Assembly: GCA_963717935.1 (NCBI GenBank)
Contig: CAVQXP010000004.1
Coordinates: 1,408,001 to 1,472,000, forward strand
DNA: 64,000 nucleotides
DNA from: Candidatus Eiseniibacteriota bacterium
GTDB lineage: Bacteria; Eisenbacteria; RBG-16-71-46
Direction: 5' to 3'
The notes under the pieces were generated by a model. It did not search any database. It saw only the letters and a list, made by a program, of their open reading frames with translations, and was not told where the DNA came from. The translations under genes and the position numbers were made by a program. The stretch's first letter is position 1, and every line of letters begins with the position of its first letter. Below, piece by piece: positions 29,736 through 40,146 of this stretch.

Positions 29736-32692
29736 CGTCGACCGTTCCCATCACCTCCGGATCGCAAGCGCCGCGGCCCACGGGGGTCCGCATTCCGGTG
29801 TCGACGTACCGGGTGCAGTTCCGCCCGGATTTCGGCTTCGCGGACGCCGCGCGGCTTGTTCCCTACCTGGACCGCCTCGGCGTGACGGACGTCTACACTT
29901 CGCCCTGCTTCCGGGCGAACCCGCAGAGCCAGCACGGCTACGACATCACCAACCCGGGGGAGCTCAGCCCCGGCCTTGGTGGCGACCTGGACTGGCGCGA
30001 GCTCGTCCGTGCGCTCGCCGGCCCGGGCATGGGACTGGTGTTGGACTTCGTCCCCAATCACATGGGAGTGGACGAGCCTCAGGCCAATCACTGGTGGTGG
30101 GACGTGCTCGAGAACGGCCGATGCTCCCCCTACGCGCACTTCTTCGACATCGATTGGGATCCCGTCAAGCCGGAACTGCAGGGCAAGCTGCTGTTGCCCG
30201 TGCTGGGCGACCAGTACGGGCGCGTCCTCGAGCGCGGGGAGCTCCAGCTCGAATACGTGGACGGCGGGTTCCGGGTGCGGTACTACGAGCGCACGTTCCC
30301 GGTCAACCCGCGTCGCCTCCCGATCCTGTTGCGCCACGACATCGAAGCGCTGCAGGCCCGGTTCGGCCATGCCGACCCGGACCTGCGCGAGTTCCTGAGC
30401 ATCCTCACGGCGCTGGGCAACCTGCCCTCCGTACTCGAGGGCGACCCGGTACGCGTGGCCGAGCGGCAGCGGGAGAAGGAAGTGGCCCGGGACCGCCTCG
30501 ACCGGCTTGCCCATCACTCGTGGAGGATCCGCGAGCACATCGAGGCGTGCGTGCGTTTCTTCAACGGCCAGCCCGGCCAGCCCTCCACATTTCGCCCGCT
30601 TCACGAACTGCTCGAGCTGCAGGTATACCGGCTGGCCTACTGGCGCACCGCGTTCCACGAGATCAACTACCGCCGCTTCTTCGACGTGAACGGGCTCGCC
30701 TGCGTGCGGACGGAGGATCCCGAGGTGTTCGAGGTCGTGCACGGGCTGCTGCTGCGACTGATCGCCAGCGGCGGCGTGACCGGCGTGCGCCTGGACCACC
30801 TGGATGGTCTCTACGACCCGCAGGCCTATCTCCAGCGGCTCGCGGCCGCCACTTCGCGGGTGCTCGCCGAGCGGGCCGGTGGCGACGGGCCGGGCCTCGT
30901 GCAGCCGGAGACCTCGCCGCTCGTCTACGTCGTCGCGGAGAAGATCCTCTCGTCCGGCGAGCGGCTGCGCGAGGACTGGGCCCTGCACGGCACCACGGGG
31001 TACGACTTCCTGAACGACGTGAACCGTCTGTTCGTGGACCCGCGCGGCTTCAGTCCGCTGCAGCGGTTCTTCCAGAGATTCACGCGGCGGCGCGGGTCCT
31101 TCGAGGACGTCGTGTACCAGAGCAAGAAAGCGGTGATGCAGAGCACGCTGGCGAGCGAGCTCAACATGCTGGCGCACGCCCTGAACATCGTCTCGGAGGC
31201 CGACCCCAGGTCGCGCGATTTCACGCTCAACAGTCTTCACGACATGCTGCTCGAGGTGGTGGCCTGCTTCCCCGTGTACCGCACCTACGTCGATGAGAGC
31301 AGCCGCGAAGAGGACGCCCAGGTCCTGCGCGCCGCCCTCGCCCGGGCCCGCGGGCGGAACCCCGGGATCGACGGTTCGATCTTCGAATTCATCGAGCAGG
31401 TCATGCTCGGCCCCGGCGTCGACGACGAGTCCGTCGTGGAGCGCGAGCGCCGGCGGACGTTCACCATGAGATTCCAGCAATACGCGGGCCCCGTGCATGC
31501 CAAGGGCCTGGAGGACACGGCCTTCTATCGCCACCACGTGATGCTCTCCCTCAACGAGGTCGGTGGCAGCCCCGAGCGGTTCGCCATGGGGCCGGCAGAA
31601 TTCCACGCGCACAGCCGCCAGAGGAGGGAGCGCTGGCCCCATGCCATGCTGTGCACCGCGACCCACGACACCAAGCGGGGGGAGGACGCACGCGCCCGCT
31701 TGAACGTGGTCTCGGAGATCCCCGCCGAGTGGCAACGGGCCGTCTCGCGCTGGGCCCGCCTCAACGCCGCCAACCGCACGCGCGTCGGCGACGAGTGGGC
31801 CCCGGACCGCGGCGACGAGTATCTCTTCTACCAGGCCCTCCTGGGCGCGTGGCCCGTCGTGGAGCCGGATCTGCCGAAGCTCGCCGAGCGGCTGGGCACC
31901 TACATGGCCAAGGCCATCCGCGAGGCCAAGCTCCACACCAGTTGGATCAACGAGAATCGGGAGTACGAGCAGGCCGTCGGCAGATTCGTGAACCAGACGC
32001 TCACGGGACCGCGCTCCTCGGCCTTCCTCGAGTCGTTCGAGCCGTTTGCGCGCCGCGTGGCGAGGATCGGCGCGGTGAACTCGCTCGCCCAGGTCGTGAT
32101 CAAGATCGCTTCGCCCGGCGTGCCCGATTTCTACCAGGGGACCGAGTTGTGGGACCTCAACCTGGTGGATCCCGACAATCGCCGCCCGGTGGATTTCGCG
32201 CTGCGCGAGGCTCTGCTGGAGACGCTGGCCCCGGCGCTCGAGGGTTGCGAGACGCCCGCCCAGGGCAGCGCGCGGGCGCGCGGGTTGCTCGAGCACTGGG
32301 AGGACGGGCGAATCAAGCTCTGGGTCACGGCCAGCGGCCTGCGGCTCCGCCGGGATCGGCGCGCGCTCTTCCTGGACGGTGACTACGTGCCCCTCGAGGC
32401 GCATGGGGAACGGGCCGGGCACGTCCTGGCCTTCGCGCGCGTCTTCGGGACCGAGGTCGTCCTTGTCGTGGCGCCGCGGCTGACGGCGCATGTCGCGGAC
32501 GGGGCATGGCCCGTCGGCCCTGCCGTCTGGGGCGACACGCGGCTGAGACTGCCCGGGGACCTGGTCGTACGCGCCTTCGAGGACGCGCTGACGGGCTCGG
32601 TCCTGCATCCGGCGCACGCGGACGGATCACTCGCCCTGGCCGAGATCCTGCGCGAGTGCCCCGTCGCGCTCCTGTCGGCCGTGCCAGCGTAG
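29732..32692 (+). CDS. treY: Malto-oligosyltrehalose synthase (GH13)
   Basis: [59 protein letters not shown]...[14 protein letters not shown] overlap with treZ. Confidence 0.95.
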   Translation: MTSTVPITSGSQAPRPTGVRIPVSTYRVQFRPDFGFADAARLVPYLDRLGVTDVYTSPCFRANPQSQHGYDITNPGELSPGLGGDLDWRELVRALAGPGMGLVLDFVPNHMGVDEPQANHWWWDVLENGRCSPYAHFFDIDWDPVKPELQGKLLLPVLGDQYGRVLERGELQLEYVDGGFRVRYYERTFPVNPRRLPILLRHDIEALQARFGHADPDLREFLSILTALGNLPSVLEGDPVRVAERQREKEVARDRLDRLAHHSWRIREHIEACVRFFNGQPGQPSTFRPLHELLELQVYRLAYWRTAFHEINYRRFFDVNGLACVRTEDPEVFEVVHGLLLRLIASGGVTGVRLDHLDGLYDPQAYLQRLAAATSRVLAERAGGDGPGLVQPETSPLVYVVAEKILSSGERLREDWALHGTTGYDFLNDVNRLFVDPRGFSPLQRFFQRFTRRRGSFEDVVYQSKKAVMQSTLASELNMLAHALNIVSEADPRSRDFTLNSLHDMLLEVVACFPVYRTYVDESSREEDAQVLRAALARARGRNPGIDGSIFEFIEQVMLGPGVDDESVVERERRRTFTMRFQQYAGPVHAKGLEDTAFYRHHVMLSLNEVGGSPERFAMGPAEFHAHSRQRRERWPHAMLCTATHDTKRGEDARARLNVVSEIPAEWQRAVSRWARLNAANRTRVGDEWAPDRGDEYLFYQALLGAWPVVEPDLPKLAERLGTYMAKAIREAKLHTSWINENREYEQAVGRFVNQTLTGPRSSAFLESFEPFARRVARIGAVNSLAQVVIKIASPGVPDFYQGTELWDLNLVDPDNRRPVDFALREALLETLAPALEGCETPAQGSARARGLLEHWEDGRIKLWVTASGLRLRRDRRALFLDGDYVPLEAHGERAGHVLAFARVFGTEVVLVVAPRLTAHVADGAWPVGPAVWGDTRLRLPGDLVVRAFEDALTGSVLHPAHADGSLALAEILRECPVALLSAVPA

Positions 32693-32772
32693 CCCGCCGG
32701 CGATCGGGGCGCACCGGACGTGGCAGGAGGCGGGGGACGCCCCGCGGGGCGTCCGACCAGAGCCCCGCGGGG

Positions 32773-35220
32773 CTACGAGGCGTCGCCGGGAAGACCCTCG
32801 ACGTGCACCTCGAGGATGCGGCCGAGCATCGCGGCGTGTTCGAGCCACGCGCGAGCGTCGCCGTCCCCGGCCGCGGCGTGCGCCCGGATCTCGGCCCCCC
32901 GGCTGCGGGCGACCTCGTAGAACGCGTTCTGCGGCTGCCACAGGTTCACCGTAAACGGCAGCCGCGCGCATGCGCGGGCCGTGCGCTCGAAGCGCAGCAG
33001 GGCGTCCAGGCTCGCGGAGGAATCCAGCCACGCCCCTGCCACCCTCTCAAGAGTGCGGCGCGCCGCGAACTCCAGAGTCACGGCGTCCAGCCGCGCGCTC
33101 GTGAGCCGCGCCTGGTCACACAGGGTCAGGAGGTGCTCCGTGTCCGGCTCCGTGGCCGTGAGCGCCTCCATGAAGTCCTCGTTGAGCGCGAAATCCGCGG
33201 CCATCTGGAACCGCGCGGGGAGCGGGATGCCCAACTCGGTGATGAAGCGCGCGAGGGTCGAGTACTGACTGTAGACGTTACGGTACACGGAGGCGACTTC
33301 GGCGAGCGCCGAGTCGAGGATGAGGCTCACGATTCGCCGTTGCTCGTCTCGGAACAGGAACCGCAGCGAGTAGGTTCCGGCGGCGAAGTTGCGGTCCACG
33401 GCGCGGATCAGCCCGGGGATGTCCCCCCGCTCGAAGACGCTCGAGATCTCGGCCGTGAGCGTGTCATAGGCCTCTCGGCCGCGGTACTCGCGGACACCCC
33501 CGCTCACGTTCTGGTCGCCAAGGTGGAGCACGCCGTAGCTCATCGTGCCCGACTCCTGCGTGATGCGCGACGACACGTGCACGCGTCCGAGCGCGAGCCG
33601 CGCGTGTCCTTGTTGAAGCACGCGGAAGTCCTCGCGAGTGGCCGTGTACGCATAGACCCCGGTGGACGCCTCATAGTCTTCGAACAGCGAGCTGACGGCA
33701 TAGTGGGCCGCCACCTTCTCGAGATCGACGACGGCGGGTCGTACGAACTTGTCGAAGACGACGCGGCCGTTCACGTGCTCCGGCACGTTGCTGGGCGCCT
33801 TCTCCAGCCGCGAGAGGAACCCCTCCTCGAGGTCCTCGCCGCCGAGCAACCTCGCCAGCTGCAGGGCGCGCCCTGCGTATTGCAGTATCTGCACCGTCTC
33901 GATGCCGGACAGCTCGTCGAAGAACCAGCCGCAGCTCGTGTACATGAGCATCGTCTGGCGCTGGAGCTCGAGGAGCTGGAGCGCACGGACCTTCTCGGGT
34001 GCGGCGAGCGGGCGACGCGCAAGGCGCGAAAGGAATTCGGCGACGTTGTCCGGGGACCGGTCGAGGAGGACGCGGATGTACTCGTTACGCGCCTCCCAGG
34101 GATCGCGGAACAGGTCCCCGCCGGCGGACTCGAAGCGTGGCGCCAGCGTGTCCCGGAGCCAGTCGAGAGCCTCCCGCAAGGGTGCACGCCAGTGTTGGCG
34201 CCATCCACCGTGCATCCCCGAGTTGCAGCCGCACTCGCTGCGCCAGCGCTCGAGGCCATGAGCACAGCTCCACGAGGTGCCGGGGATGATCTCGACCTCA
34301 TGCTTGGGGGCGTGGCGTTCGAGGAACTCCCCGTAGTTCGTCAGGCACGCAAGGCCTGCGCTCTCGATGTGATGGAGCGCATAGGCGAGGGCCATGTCGC
34401 CGTGGGGCCGGTGGTGGCCATACGTCTCGCCATCCGTGGCGATGTGCACGAGTTGCGGCCCGTCACGCTGGTCGGAGAACGCCCCGGCCAGTCGCCGCGC
34501 CAGGTTCTCGCCGCGGACGAGCAGATCATCGAAGGCGATTCCCCAGGAGATCGGGGCGTCGTAGAAGAAGACGTCGATTGCGCGGCCCGACGGCAGACGG
34601 ACGCGGTAGGCCGTCGACGGATCGATCCGAGAGCCGCTGACGTCACGCCAGCTGCGGGCGCCGCTGGCCCTGACCCGGCGCGCCTGGCTCGGCGACAGGA
34701 TCGTGAACTTGACGCCGAGGCCCGCCATGATGTCGAGGGTCTCGAGGTCGACGGCCGTCTCGGGCAGCCACATGCCCTCGGAGGGCCGTCCGAAACGGTG
34801 CTCGAAATCGCGGAGGCCCCACAGGACCTGAGTGTGCTTGTCGCGCGCGCTCGCCAGGGGGAGGATCATGTGGTTGTACGCCTGCGCGATGGCCGAGCCA
34901 TGACCCGAGTACCGCGCCTGGCTTTCGCGGTCCGCGTCGAGGATCGCGCGGTGCACCGCGCGATCCTGGTTCGCCAGCCAGGCCAGCAGCGTCGGACCAA
35001 AGTTGAAGCTCATCGTCGCATAGTTGTTCACGATGCGGACGATGCGGCCCTTGCCGTCCAGGATCCGCGCGGCGGTGTTGGGCCCATAGCACTCGGCCGT
35101 GATCCGCTCGTTCCAGTCGTGGTAGGGGTAGGCCGAGTCCTGCAGCTCCACAGCCTCGAGCCAGGGGTTCTCACGGGGGGGCTGGTAGAAGTGCCCGTGG
35201 ATGCAGATGTAGCGTTCCAC
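32773..35220 (-). CDS. GH57-family glycoside hydrolase with DUF3536 C-terminus
   Basis: HGHFYQPPRENPW, WLPETAVD, ATDGETYGHH, SWSCAHG, MYTSCGWFFD; GTG start with SD GGAGG. Confidence 0.9.
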   Translation of the reverse strand: MERYICIHGHFYQPPRENPWLEAVELQDSAYPYHDWNERITAECYGPNTAARILDGKGRIVRIVNNYATMSFNFGPTLLAWLANQDRAVHRAILDADRESQARYSGHGSAIAQAYNHMILPLASARDKHTQVLWGLRDFEHRFGRPSEGMWLPETAVDLETLDIMAGLGVKFTILSPSQARRVRASGARSWRDVSGSRIDPSTAYRVRLPSGRAIDVFFYDAPISWGIAFDDLLVRGENLARRLAGAFSDQRDGPQLVHIATDGETYGHHRPHGDMALAYALHHIESAGLACLTNYGEFLERHAPKHEVEIIPGTSWSCAHGLERWRSECGCNSGMHGGWRQHWRAPLREALDWLRDTLAPRFESAGGDLFRDPWEARNEYIRVLLDRSPDNVAEFLSRLARRPLAAPEKVRALQLLELQRQTMLMYTSCGWFFDELSGIETVQILQYAGRALQLARLLGGEDLEEGFLSRLEKAPSNVPEHVNGRVVFDKFVRPAVVDLEKVAAHYAVSSLFEDYEASTGVYAYTATREDFRVLQQGHARLALGRVHVSSRITQESGTMSYGVLHLGDQNVSGGVREYRGREAYDTLTAEISSVFERGDIPGLIRAVDRNFAAGTYSLRFLFRDEQRRIVSLILDSALAEVASVYRNVYSQYSTLARFITELGIPLPARFQMAADFALNEDFMEALTATEPDTEHLLTLCDQARLTSARLDAVTLEFAARRTLERVAGAWLDSSASLDALLRFERTARACARLPFTVNLWQPQNAFYEVARSRGAEIRAHAAAGDGDARAWLEHAAMLGRILEVHVEGLPGDAS

Positions 35221-35260
35221 TCGCGTCCCCTCCTCGAGGTCCGCTGCCGCGTGACTGTCG

Positions 35261-36142
35261 CTATTCATCCCCCAGACGCACGACCAGAACCGAGCAGCGC
35301 GCCCGGCGCAGGACACCCTCGGCCACGCTTCCCAGCGCGAGCCTTCCGAGGCCCGACCGCCCGTGTGTCCCCGCTACGATGAGCTCCGCGCGAATCTCAT
35401 CGGCCACCCCGACGATGGCGTCGACGGGTGGATCCTCGCGCAGGATGATCCGCGCTGCGCCCCCGAAGCCCGACGCGATCTCCGCGAGGCGGTCACGAGC
35501 CTCATCGCGACGCGCTTCGGTCAGGCGGTCTATCAGCGACGGAGAGACGATCTCCGGGAGATCCAGGTTCACCGTTCGCAGATCCATCGAATGAACGATG
35601 ACGAAGGGGAGAGAGCGTCGCTGAGCCTCGTCGTGACCCCGGCGGACGGCCGGGAGAGAGGCGTCGGAGAAGTCCGTCGCCGAAAGGACCGCCCCGCCGC
35701 TTCCTGGAACCGCAACGAGCACGGGGCAGCGCGCGTGGCGCGCGATGCGCTCTGAAACGCCTCCGGCCTCATGCGCGTCCGACGGCGGACGGCGCCCGAG
35801 GACGATCAATCCAGCCCCCACCTCCTCCGCCGCCTGGAGCACCATCGTGTGCGGGGAGCCGGATTCGAGACGCATCTCGGGCTTCGGCGCGCCCGGCTCG
35901 AGCACGTGGTCGAGCTGCTGCTGGAGGAGGCCGGCCACCGACTGGCGAACCTTCTCGATCTCCACGCGATCATGAACACGGAGTTGCGGAAAGAGCGGCC
36001 GGATGCCGAACAGCTCCGGCAGCACATGGCAGATCACGAGGGGGACCGCCGCCTCCCGGGCGAAGAGAGCGCCCTGACGCACGGCCTCGTCGGATTCGCG
36101 GCCAAGATCCGAGGCCACCAGGATGGGTCCGGAGAATCTCAT
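35261..36142 (-). CDS. Tandem-domain universal stress protein
   Basis: Two USP domains: ILVASD...RHARCPVLV and ATDFS...GTHGRSG...GSVAEGVLRRARCSVLVV. Confidence 0.92.
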   Translation of the reverse strand: MRFSGPILVASDLGRESDEAVRQGALFAREAAVPLVICHVLPELFGIRPLFPQLRVHDRVEIEKVRQSVAGLLQQQLDHVLEPGAPKPEMRLESGSPHTMVLQAAEEVGAGLIVLGRRPPSDAHEAGGVSERIARHARCPVLVAVPGSGGAVLSATDFSDASLPAVRRGHDEAQRRSLPFVIVHSMDLRTVNLDLPEIVSPSLIDRLTEARRDEARDRLAEIASGFGGAARIILREDPPVDAIVGVADEIRAELIVAGTHGRSGLGRLALGSVAEGVLRRARCSVLVVRLGDE

Positions 36143-36368
36143 CGTACGGTCCCTTCGCCCGCGCCGGGTCTGTGGTGGAGATGATCACTTCCTGCGCGCC
36201 ACGGGCGCGGAGGCACATCGACCAAACCCCTCATGCTGCCCATGCGACTCTAGGTCGTCACCGGGAGCGCGGTCAAGATTCCGGCGGGCCGCGGGCGCGG
36301 TCCCCGCGACGTGCCGCCGCCTTCGGCTCGCGCAGACGGTGTGGCAGCCACTCGTGCCCCGGGTGGAC

Positions 36369-37619
36369 TCACTCCGGTGTCGGTGGCGCGGGCGCGGTTT
36401 CCCGGGCCGCGTTTTGGCGCCGACGCACGAGCGGGAAGCCGACGGCGAAGATCAGCACGGTCGTGAGCACGCAGGCGAAGACGACGGTCGATAGCTGATC
36501 CGTCCCCGGGACCCCGGCAGCGGCGGGGAGCGTCGCGAGGACCCCGGCGGCCATCCCGCGGGGAAGGGCGACCGCGATCAGGTCCCGCTCGTGGGAATCG
36601 AAGGTCCTGCCGAGCGTGACGAGACGCACCACCGGCACCCGGGCCAGGAGAAGCACGACCCCCAGCAGGACGCCCAGGGCCATCAGCCCCCACGGGGGCC
36701 CCAGCATCGCCCCGATGAAGGTGAAGAAGAACGACTTGATGATGAAGGCGATCTGGCCATGCACCCCGCGTACGTCCGCGCCCAGGTCCAACTCCGACTC
36801 CGACTCCATCCCGACCCGGGAGCAGATGACGCCCGCGTTCCCCACGATCACGGCGAACGCGAGGATGCCCAGCGCGGCGCTGCCGCCCACCTGCTGGACG
36901 AAGACGTACAGGACCAGCAGCGCCGACAGCGTGATCGGGTACGCGTGCCCGCGGGCGCGAAGCCATTTCAGGAGGAAGAGCCAGACCACTCCCCCCAGCG
37001 ACCCCGCGCCCAGCCCGATCCCGAAGGACCGCAGGAGGGCCGTGCCCGGCGACGCGGTGCCCGACGGGCCCGCCAGAATGACCTTGATGAGGGCCGTGGC
37101 TCCGACGACGCACAACGCGTCGGTGAAAGCCGACTCCAGATTGAGGAGGTTGCCCACCCGGGGCTCGACCTTGGCCTGGGCCATGGCGGGCATGATGACG
37201 ATCGAGCTCGAACCTCCCAGGATCGTGCCCAGCAGAAGCCCGTGCAGCCAGGTCCACGATCCGGGCAGCCAGCCGATTCCCCTGGCCCCCATGCTCACGA
37301 GCGTGACGGCCGCCACCGCCAGCAAGAAGGTCAGCAGGGCAAGCGCGCCGGAACGGGAAGCCGCCCGGGAGATCTCCCCGAGCCGGAGGCGGATGCCACC
37401 ATCGAACAGGATGACGACGAGCGTGAGGGCAGCGAAGTAGGGGGCGATCGTGACGAGGAGTTCCCGGTGCGCCGCGCCGCTCACGGGGCCGAGGAGGATG
37501 CCCACCACCATCAGCCACACGACGTCTGGAACGCCCGTGCGGCGGAAGAAGACTTCCCCGGCCACGCCGATCAGGAAGATGCCGGCGATCGTGAGCAGGA
37601 AGAGCGCAACGGGGCTCAT
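36369..37619 (-). CDS. CPA1-type cation/H+ antiporter (NhaP-like)
   Basis: GVPDVVWLM, ILFDGG, LNLESAFTD, SFFFTFIG, PRGMAAGVLA; about 13 TM helices. Confidence 0.85.
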   Translation of the reverse strand: MSPVALFLLTIAGIFLIGVAGEVFFRRTGVPDVVWLMVVGILLGPVSGAAHRELLVTIAPYFAALTLVVILFDGGIRLRLGEISRAASRSGALALLTFLLAVAAVTLVSMGARGIGWLPGSWTWLHGLLLGTILGGSSSIVIMPAMAQAKVEPRVGNLLNLESAFTDALCVVGATALIKVILAGPSGTASPGTALLRSFGIGLGAGSLGGVVWLFLLKWLRARGHAYPITLSALLVLYVFVQQVGGSAALGILAFAVIVGNAGVICSRVGMESESELDLGADVRGVHGQIAFIIKSFFFTFIGAMLGPPWGLMALGVLLGVVLLLARVPVVRLVTLGRTFDSHERDLIAVALPRGMAAGVLATLPAAAGVPGTDQLSTVVFACVLTTVLIFAVGFPLVRRRQNAARETAPAPPTPE

Positions 37620-37821
37620 GGGAGGGTCACTCCGGAGATTGGTTGGATGCCCGGAGCCTGAACGCTGCCGAGGTCCGGGATGCGCACGGCCATGGCGCCC
37701 GGGCGTCCGGGGACGATGCCATCTTGGAAGTCAGCAGGCAAGAGTGTGGATCGGGCGGATGGCGCGAGCCCCGAGGACGGCCGCAGCCCGGGCGCTCGGG
37801 GGCTGCTCGCCGGTCACGTCC

Positions 37822-39048
37822 TCAGTCCCGCGGGTTTCGCCCTCCCGCCGGCTCCACCAGCGCCGCGTGCAGCGCACGCGCCGCGTCGGCGACGCGTTCG
37901 TTCGGCACGCGGAAGACGAGCGCGGCCGGGGAGACCCGCAGCGCGACGACGCGCACGTCCGCGCGCTCGAGTGCGCCTTCGGCCTGTGCGGCCTCGCGCG
38001 CGCCCAGGCCCAGCCCGACGACCGACACGTACGCCGTGCCGTGCTCGACACGCAGCACCCACTCGCCGCCGGGACCACGCAGGGCGTGGAAGCCCCGCTG
38101 CAGCGCCTCCACGTCCTCGCGGGACCCGATCCACTCCAGCGCGTGGTGCGCGTCCGCGGCGCCCTCGTGCGCCACCAGTTCCAACTCGGGGAACGCGTCC
38201 GCCACTGCCTCGATCAGGCCGCGGGCCACGCCACGCCCGCCCGCGTCGCCCTCGGCGATGGCGATCGAACAGTCGCCACGGTGCGCCACCGCCTCCATCC
38301 GGGGTCCTTCCATCTCGAACTCTCCGATCTCGGTACCAGGCGACTCGTCGAACGACGAACGCACCACGAGCGGCACGCGCTCGCGCGCCGCCAGGTCCAC
38401 GCAGCGCGCGTGCAGGACCCGTCCTCCCAGGTGGGCCAGGATCGAGCACGCGCGGTAATCGAGTCTCGGAATCACGCGGGCATCCGGCACCGCGCGCGGG
38501 TCCGCGCTGAAGATGCCGGGAACATCGGTGCAGATCTCGCAGCGCGCCCGGCCGAAGGCCGCGGCGAGCGCCACGGCGGTCGTGTCCGAGCCGCCGCGCC
38601 CGAGGGTGGTGATCTCCTTCGTGACGGGGTTCACGCCCTGGAAGCCGGCGACGATGACGACCTTGCCCTGCTCGAGTTCGCGGCGCAGCCGCTCCGGGCG
38701 CACGTCGATGATGCGCGCCGCCCCGTGACCGCTGTCGGTGAGGATGCCGCTCTGCGAGCCGGTGAAGGAGATGGCCGGGACGCCCAGATCTCCGAGCGCC
38801 ATGGCGAGCAGGGCCATGGTGACGCGCTCGCCGGTGGTGAGCAGCATGTCCAACTCGCGCCGGTTGGGGCTCGCGGAGACCTCGTGCGCGAGTCGCAGCA
38901 GCTCATCGGTGGTCTGGCCCATGGCCGAGACCACGACCAGCAGGTCGTTCCCCGCGGCGCGGGCCGAGGCGACCCGGCGCGCCACGTCGCGGATGCGCTC
39001 GGGGCCCTCGACCGAGGTGCCACCGTACTTCTGGACCAGGACGGCCAT
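37822..39048 (-). CDS. lysC: Aspartate kinase (alpha subunit)
   Basis: [56 protein letters not shown]; divergent C-terminal ACT pair. Confidence 0.93.
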   Translation of the reverse strand: MAVLVQKYGGTSVEGPERIRDVARRVASARAAGNDLLVVVSAMGQTTDELLRLAHEVSASPNRRELDMLLTTGERVTMALLAMALGDLGVPAISFTGSQSGILTDSGHGAARIIDVRPERLRRELEQGKVVIVAGFQGVNPVTKEITTLGRGGSDTTAVALAAAFGRARCEICTDVPGIFSADPRAVPDARVIPRLDYRACSILAHLGGRVLHARCVDLAARERVPLVVRSSFDESPGTEIGEFEMEGPRMEAVAHRGDCSIAIAEGDAGGRGVARGLIEAVADAFPELELVAHEGAADAHHALEWIGSREDVEALQRGFHALRGPGGEWVLRVEHGTAYVSVVGLGLGAREAAQAEGALERADVRVVALRVSPAALVFRVPNERVADAARALHAALVEPAGGRNPRD

Positions 39049-39236
39049 GGGGGGAGTTATAAGCGTTCGCGGCTCCGAGCGCATCCCAGGGCGGGGTGGG
39101 AAGAGCGCATCGACGGCCAGAGAGCCGGGACGATGCTCGAGGCGGGCTCCGGGAGTGACCGTGGACGAGCGCATGGCGCCTCTGCTCGCCCACGGTCACT
39201 CCCGGAGCCCCGCGTCCCCGGCAGCCGCCCGCTGCC

Positions 39237-39266
39237 TTGACCTTGCCGCGCCCGGCTGGCTAGAAT
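39237..39266 (+). promoter_or_regulatory. Sigma70-type promoter for tRNA-Gly
   Basis: TTGACC (39237-42), 18-nt spacer, TAGAAT (39261-66), 23 nt upstream of the tRNA. Confidence 0.7.
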
Positions 39267-39289
39267 GCTCCGCTCTTGAAAGTCCTTGA

Positions 39290-39366
39290 GCGGAAGTAGC
39301 TCAGCCCGGTAGAGCGCCACCTTGCCAAGGTGGATGTCGCGGGTTCGAATCCCGTCTTCCGCTCCA
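39290..39366 (+). tRNA. tRNA-Gly (GCC)
   Basis: Acceptor stem GCGGAAG/CTTCCGC, D arm AGCTCAG..GGTAGAGC, anticodon arm CCACC-TTGCCAA-GGTGG, GTTCGAATC T loop, discriminator T and encoded CCA. Confidence 0.98.
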
Positions 39367-39374
39367 TTCTGTCG

Positions 39375-39438
39375 CGGGGCCGGCCGAGGCTCCGGCTTCC
39401 GGGATCGTCCGCCCCGGGGCCTGGCTCGGCCGGCCCCG
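39375..39438 (+). terminator. GC-rich stem-loop downstream of tRNA-Gly (terminator or processing stem)
   Basis: 14-bp perfect inverted repeat CGGGGCCGGCCGAG / CTCGGCCGGCCCCG with an inner stem, followed by TGGCTTTT. Confidence 0.5.
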
Positions 39439-39459
39439 TGGCTTTTCCGGGAGTCGCGC

Positions 39460-40146
39460 ATGGCCCCTCCTCGCAGGACGAAACCGGCCCCCCGGCGCCC
39501 GAAGACCGCACCCGCCCGCCGCGCCGGCGACCCGAAGGCTGCGCGGCAGGCCGTCGCGGAACTCATCCGGGCGCTCGGCCTCGACCCGGCCGTCGAGCCC
39601 GAACTCCTGGCGACCCCGGAGCGCGTCGCCGACCTCTACGCCGAGATCTTCGCGGGGCTTGATCCGGGCGCTGAGCCCCGGCCTGCGTCCTTCCCCGTGG
39701 CCGACGCGGGCCCCAGGGCCGGAAAGCGGAGCGACGACCTGGTCATCGTGCGCGATCTGCCCTTCTACTCGCTGTGCGTGCACCACTTCGTGCCGTTCTT
39801 CGGCCACGCGCACGTCGCCTATCTGCCCGGGGAGCGCCTGATCGGTCTCTCGGGCGTGGCGCGCATCCTCGAGTTCTACGCGCGCCGCCCGCAACTGCAG
39901 GAGCGCCTCACCGCGCAGGTCGCGGACCACCTCGCCCGGCTGCTCAAGCCCCGCGGCGTGGCGGTCGTCATCGAGGCGCGGCACCTCTGCATGGAGATGC
40001 GTGGCGTGCGCAAGACCGGCTGCTTCGAGACGCACGCCCTGCGCGGCGCACTGGCGAAGCCCGCGTGGGCGGGCGTGCTCGCCGCGGGTCGCGGGAAGGG
40101 GCGGCGGGGCTCGAGCCCGCGGCGGCTCCGCGGGCCCACCGAGTGA
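39460..40146 (+). CDS. folE: GTP cyclohydrolase I
   Basis: TPERVA, YSLCVHHFVPFFG, GLSGVAR, RRPQLQERLT, ARHLCMEMRGV (Zn ligands C, H, C). Confidence 0.93.
   Translation: MAPPRRTKPAPRRPKTAPARRAGDPKAARQAVAELIRALGLDPAVEPELLATPERVADLYAEIFAGLDPGAEPRPASFPVADAGPRAGKRSDDLVIVRDLPFYSLCVHHFVPFFGHAHVAYLPGERLIGLSGVARILEFYARRPQLQERLTAQVADHLARLLKPRGVAVVIEARHLCMEMRGVRKTGCFETHALRGALAKPAWAGVLAAGRGKGRRGSSPRRLRGPTE

Noticed and set aside
37620..37821. Fluoride, Na+/Li+ or c-di-AMP riboswitch upstream of the antiporter (also checked upstream of clc and the NapA-like gene)
   Set aside because: No recognisable consensus by eye. An Infernal/Rfam scan would be needed to exclude it fully.
39290..39366. tRNA-Gly as the integration site of the stress region
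   Set aside because: I found no duplicate of the tRNA 3' end and no integrase. lysC separates the tRNA from the stress region, which lies on its 5' side.
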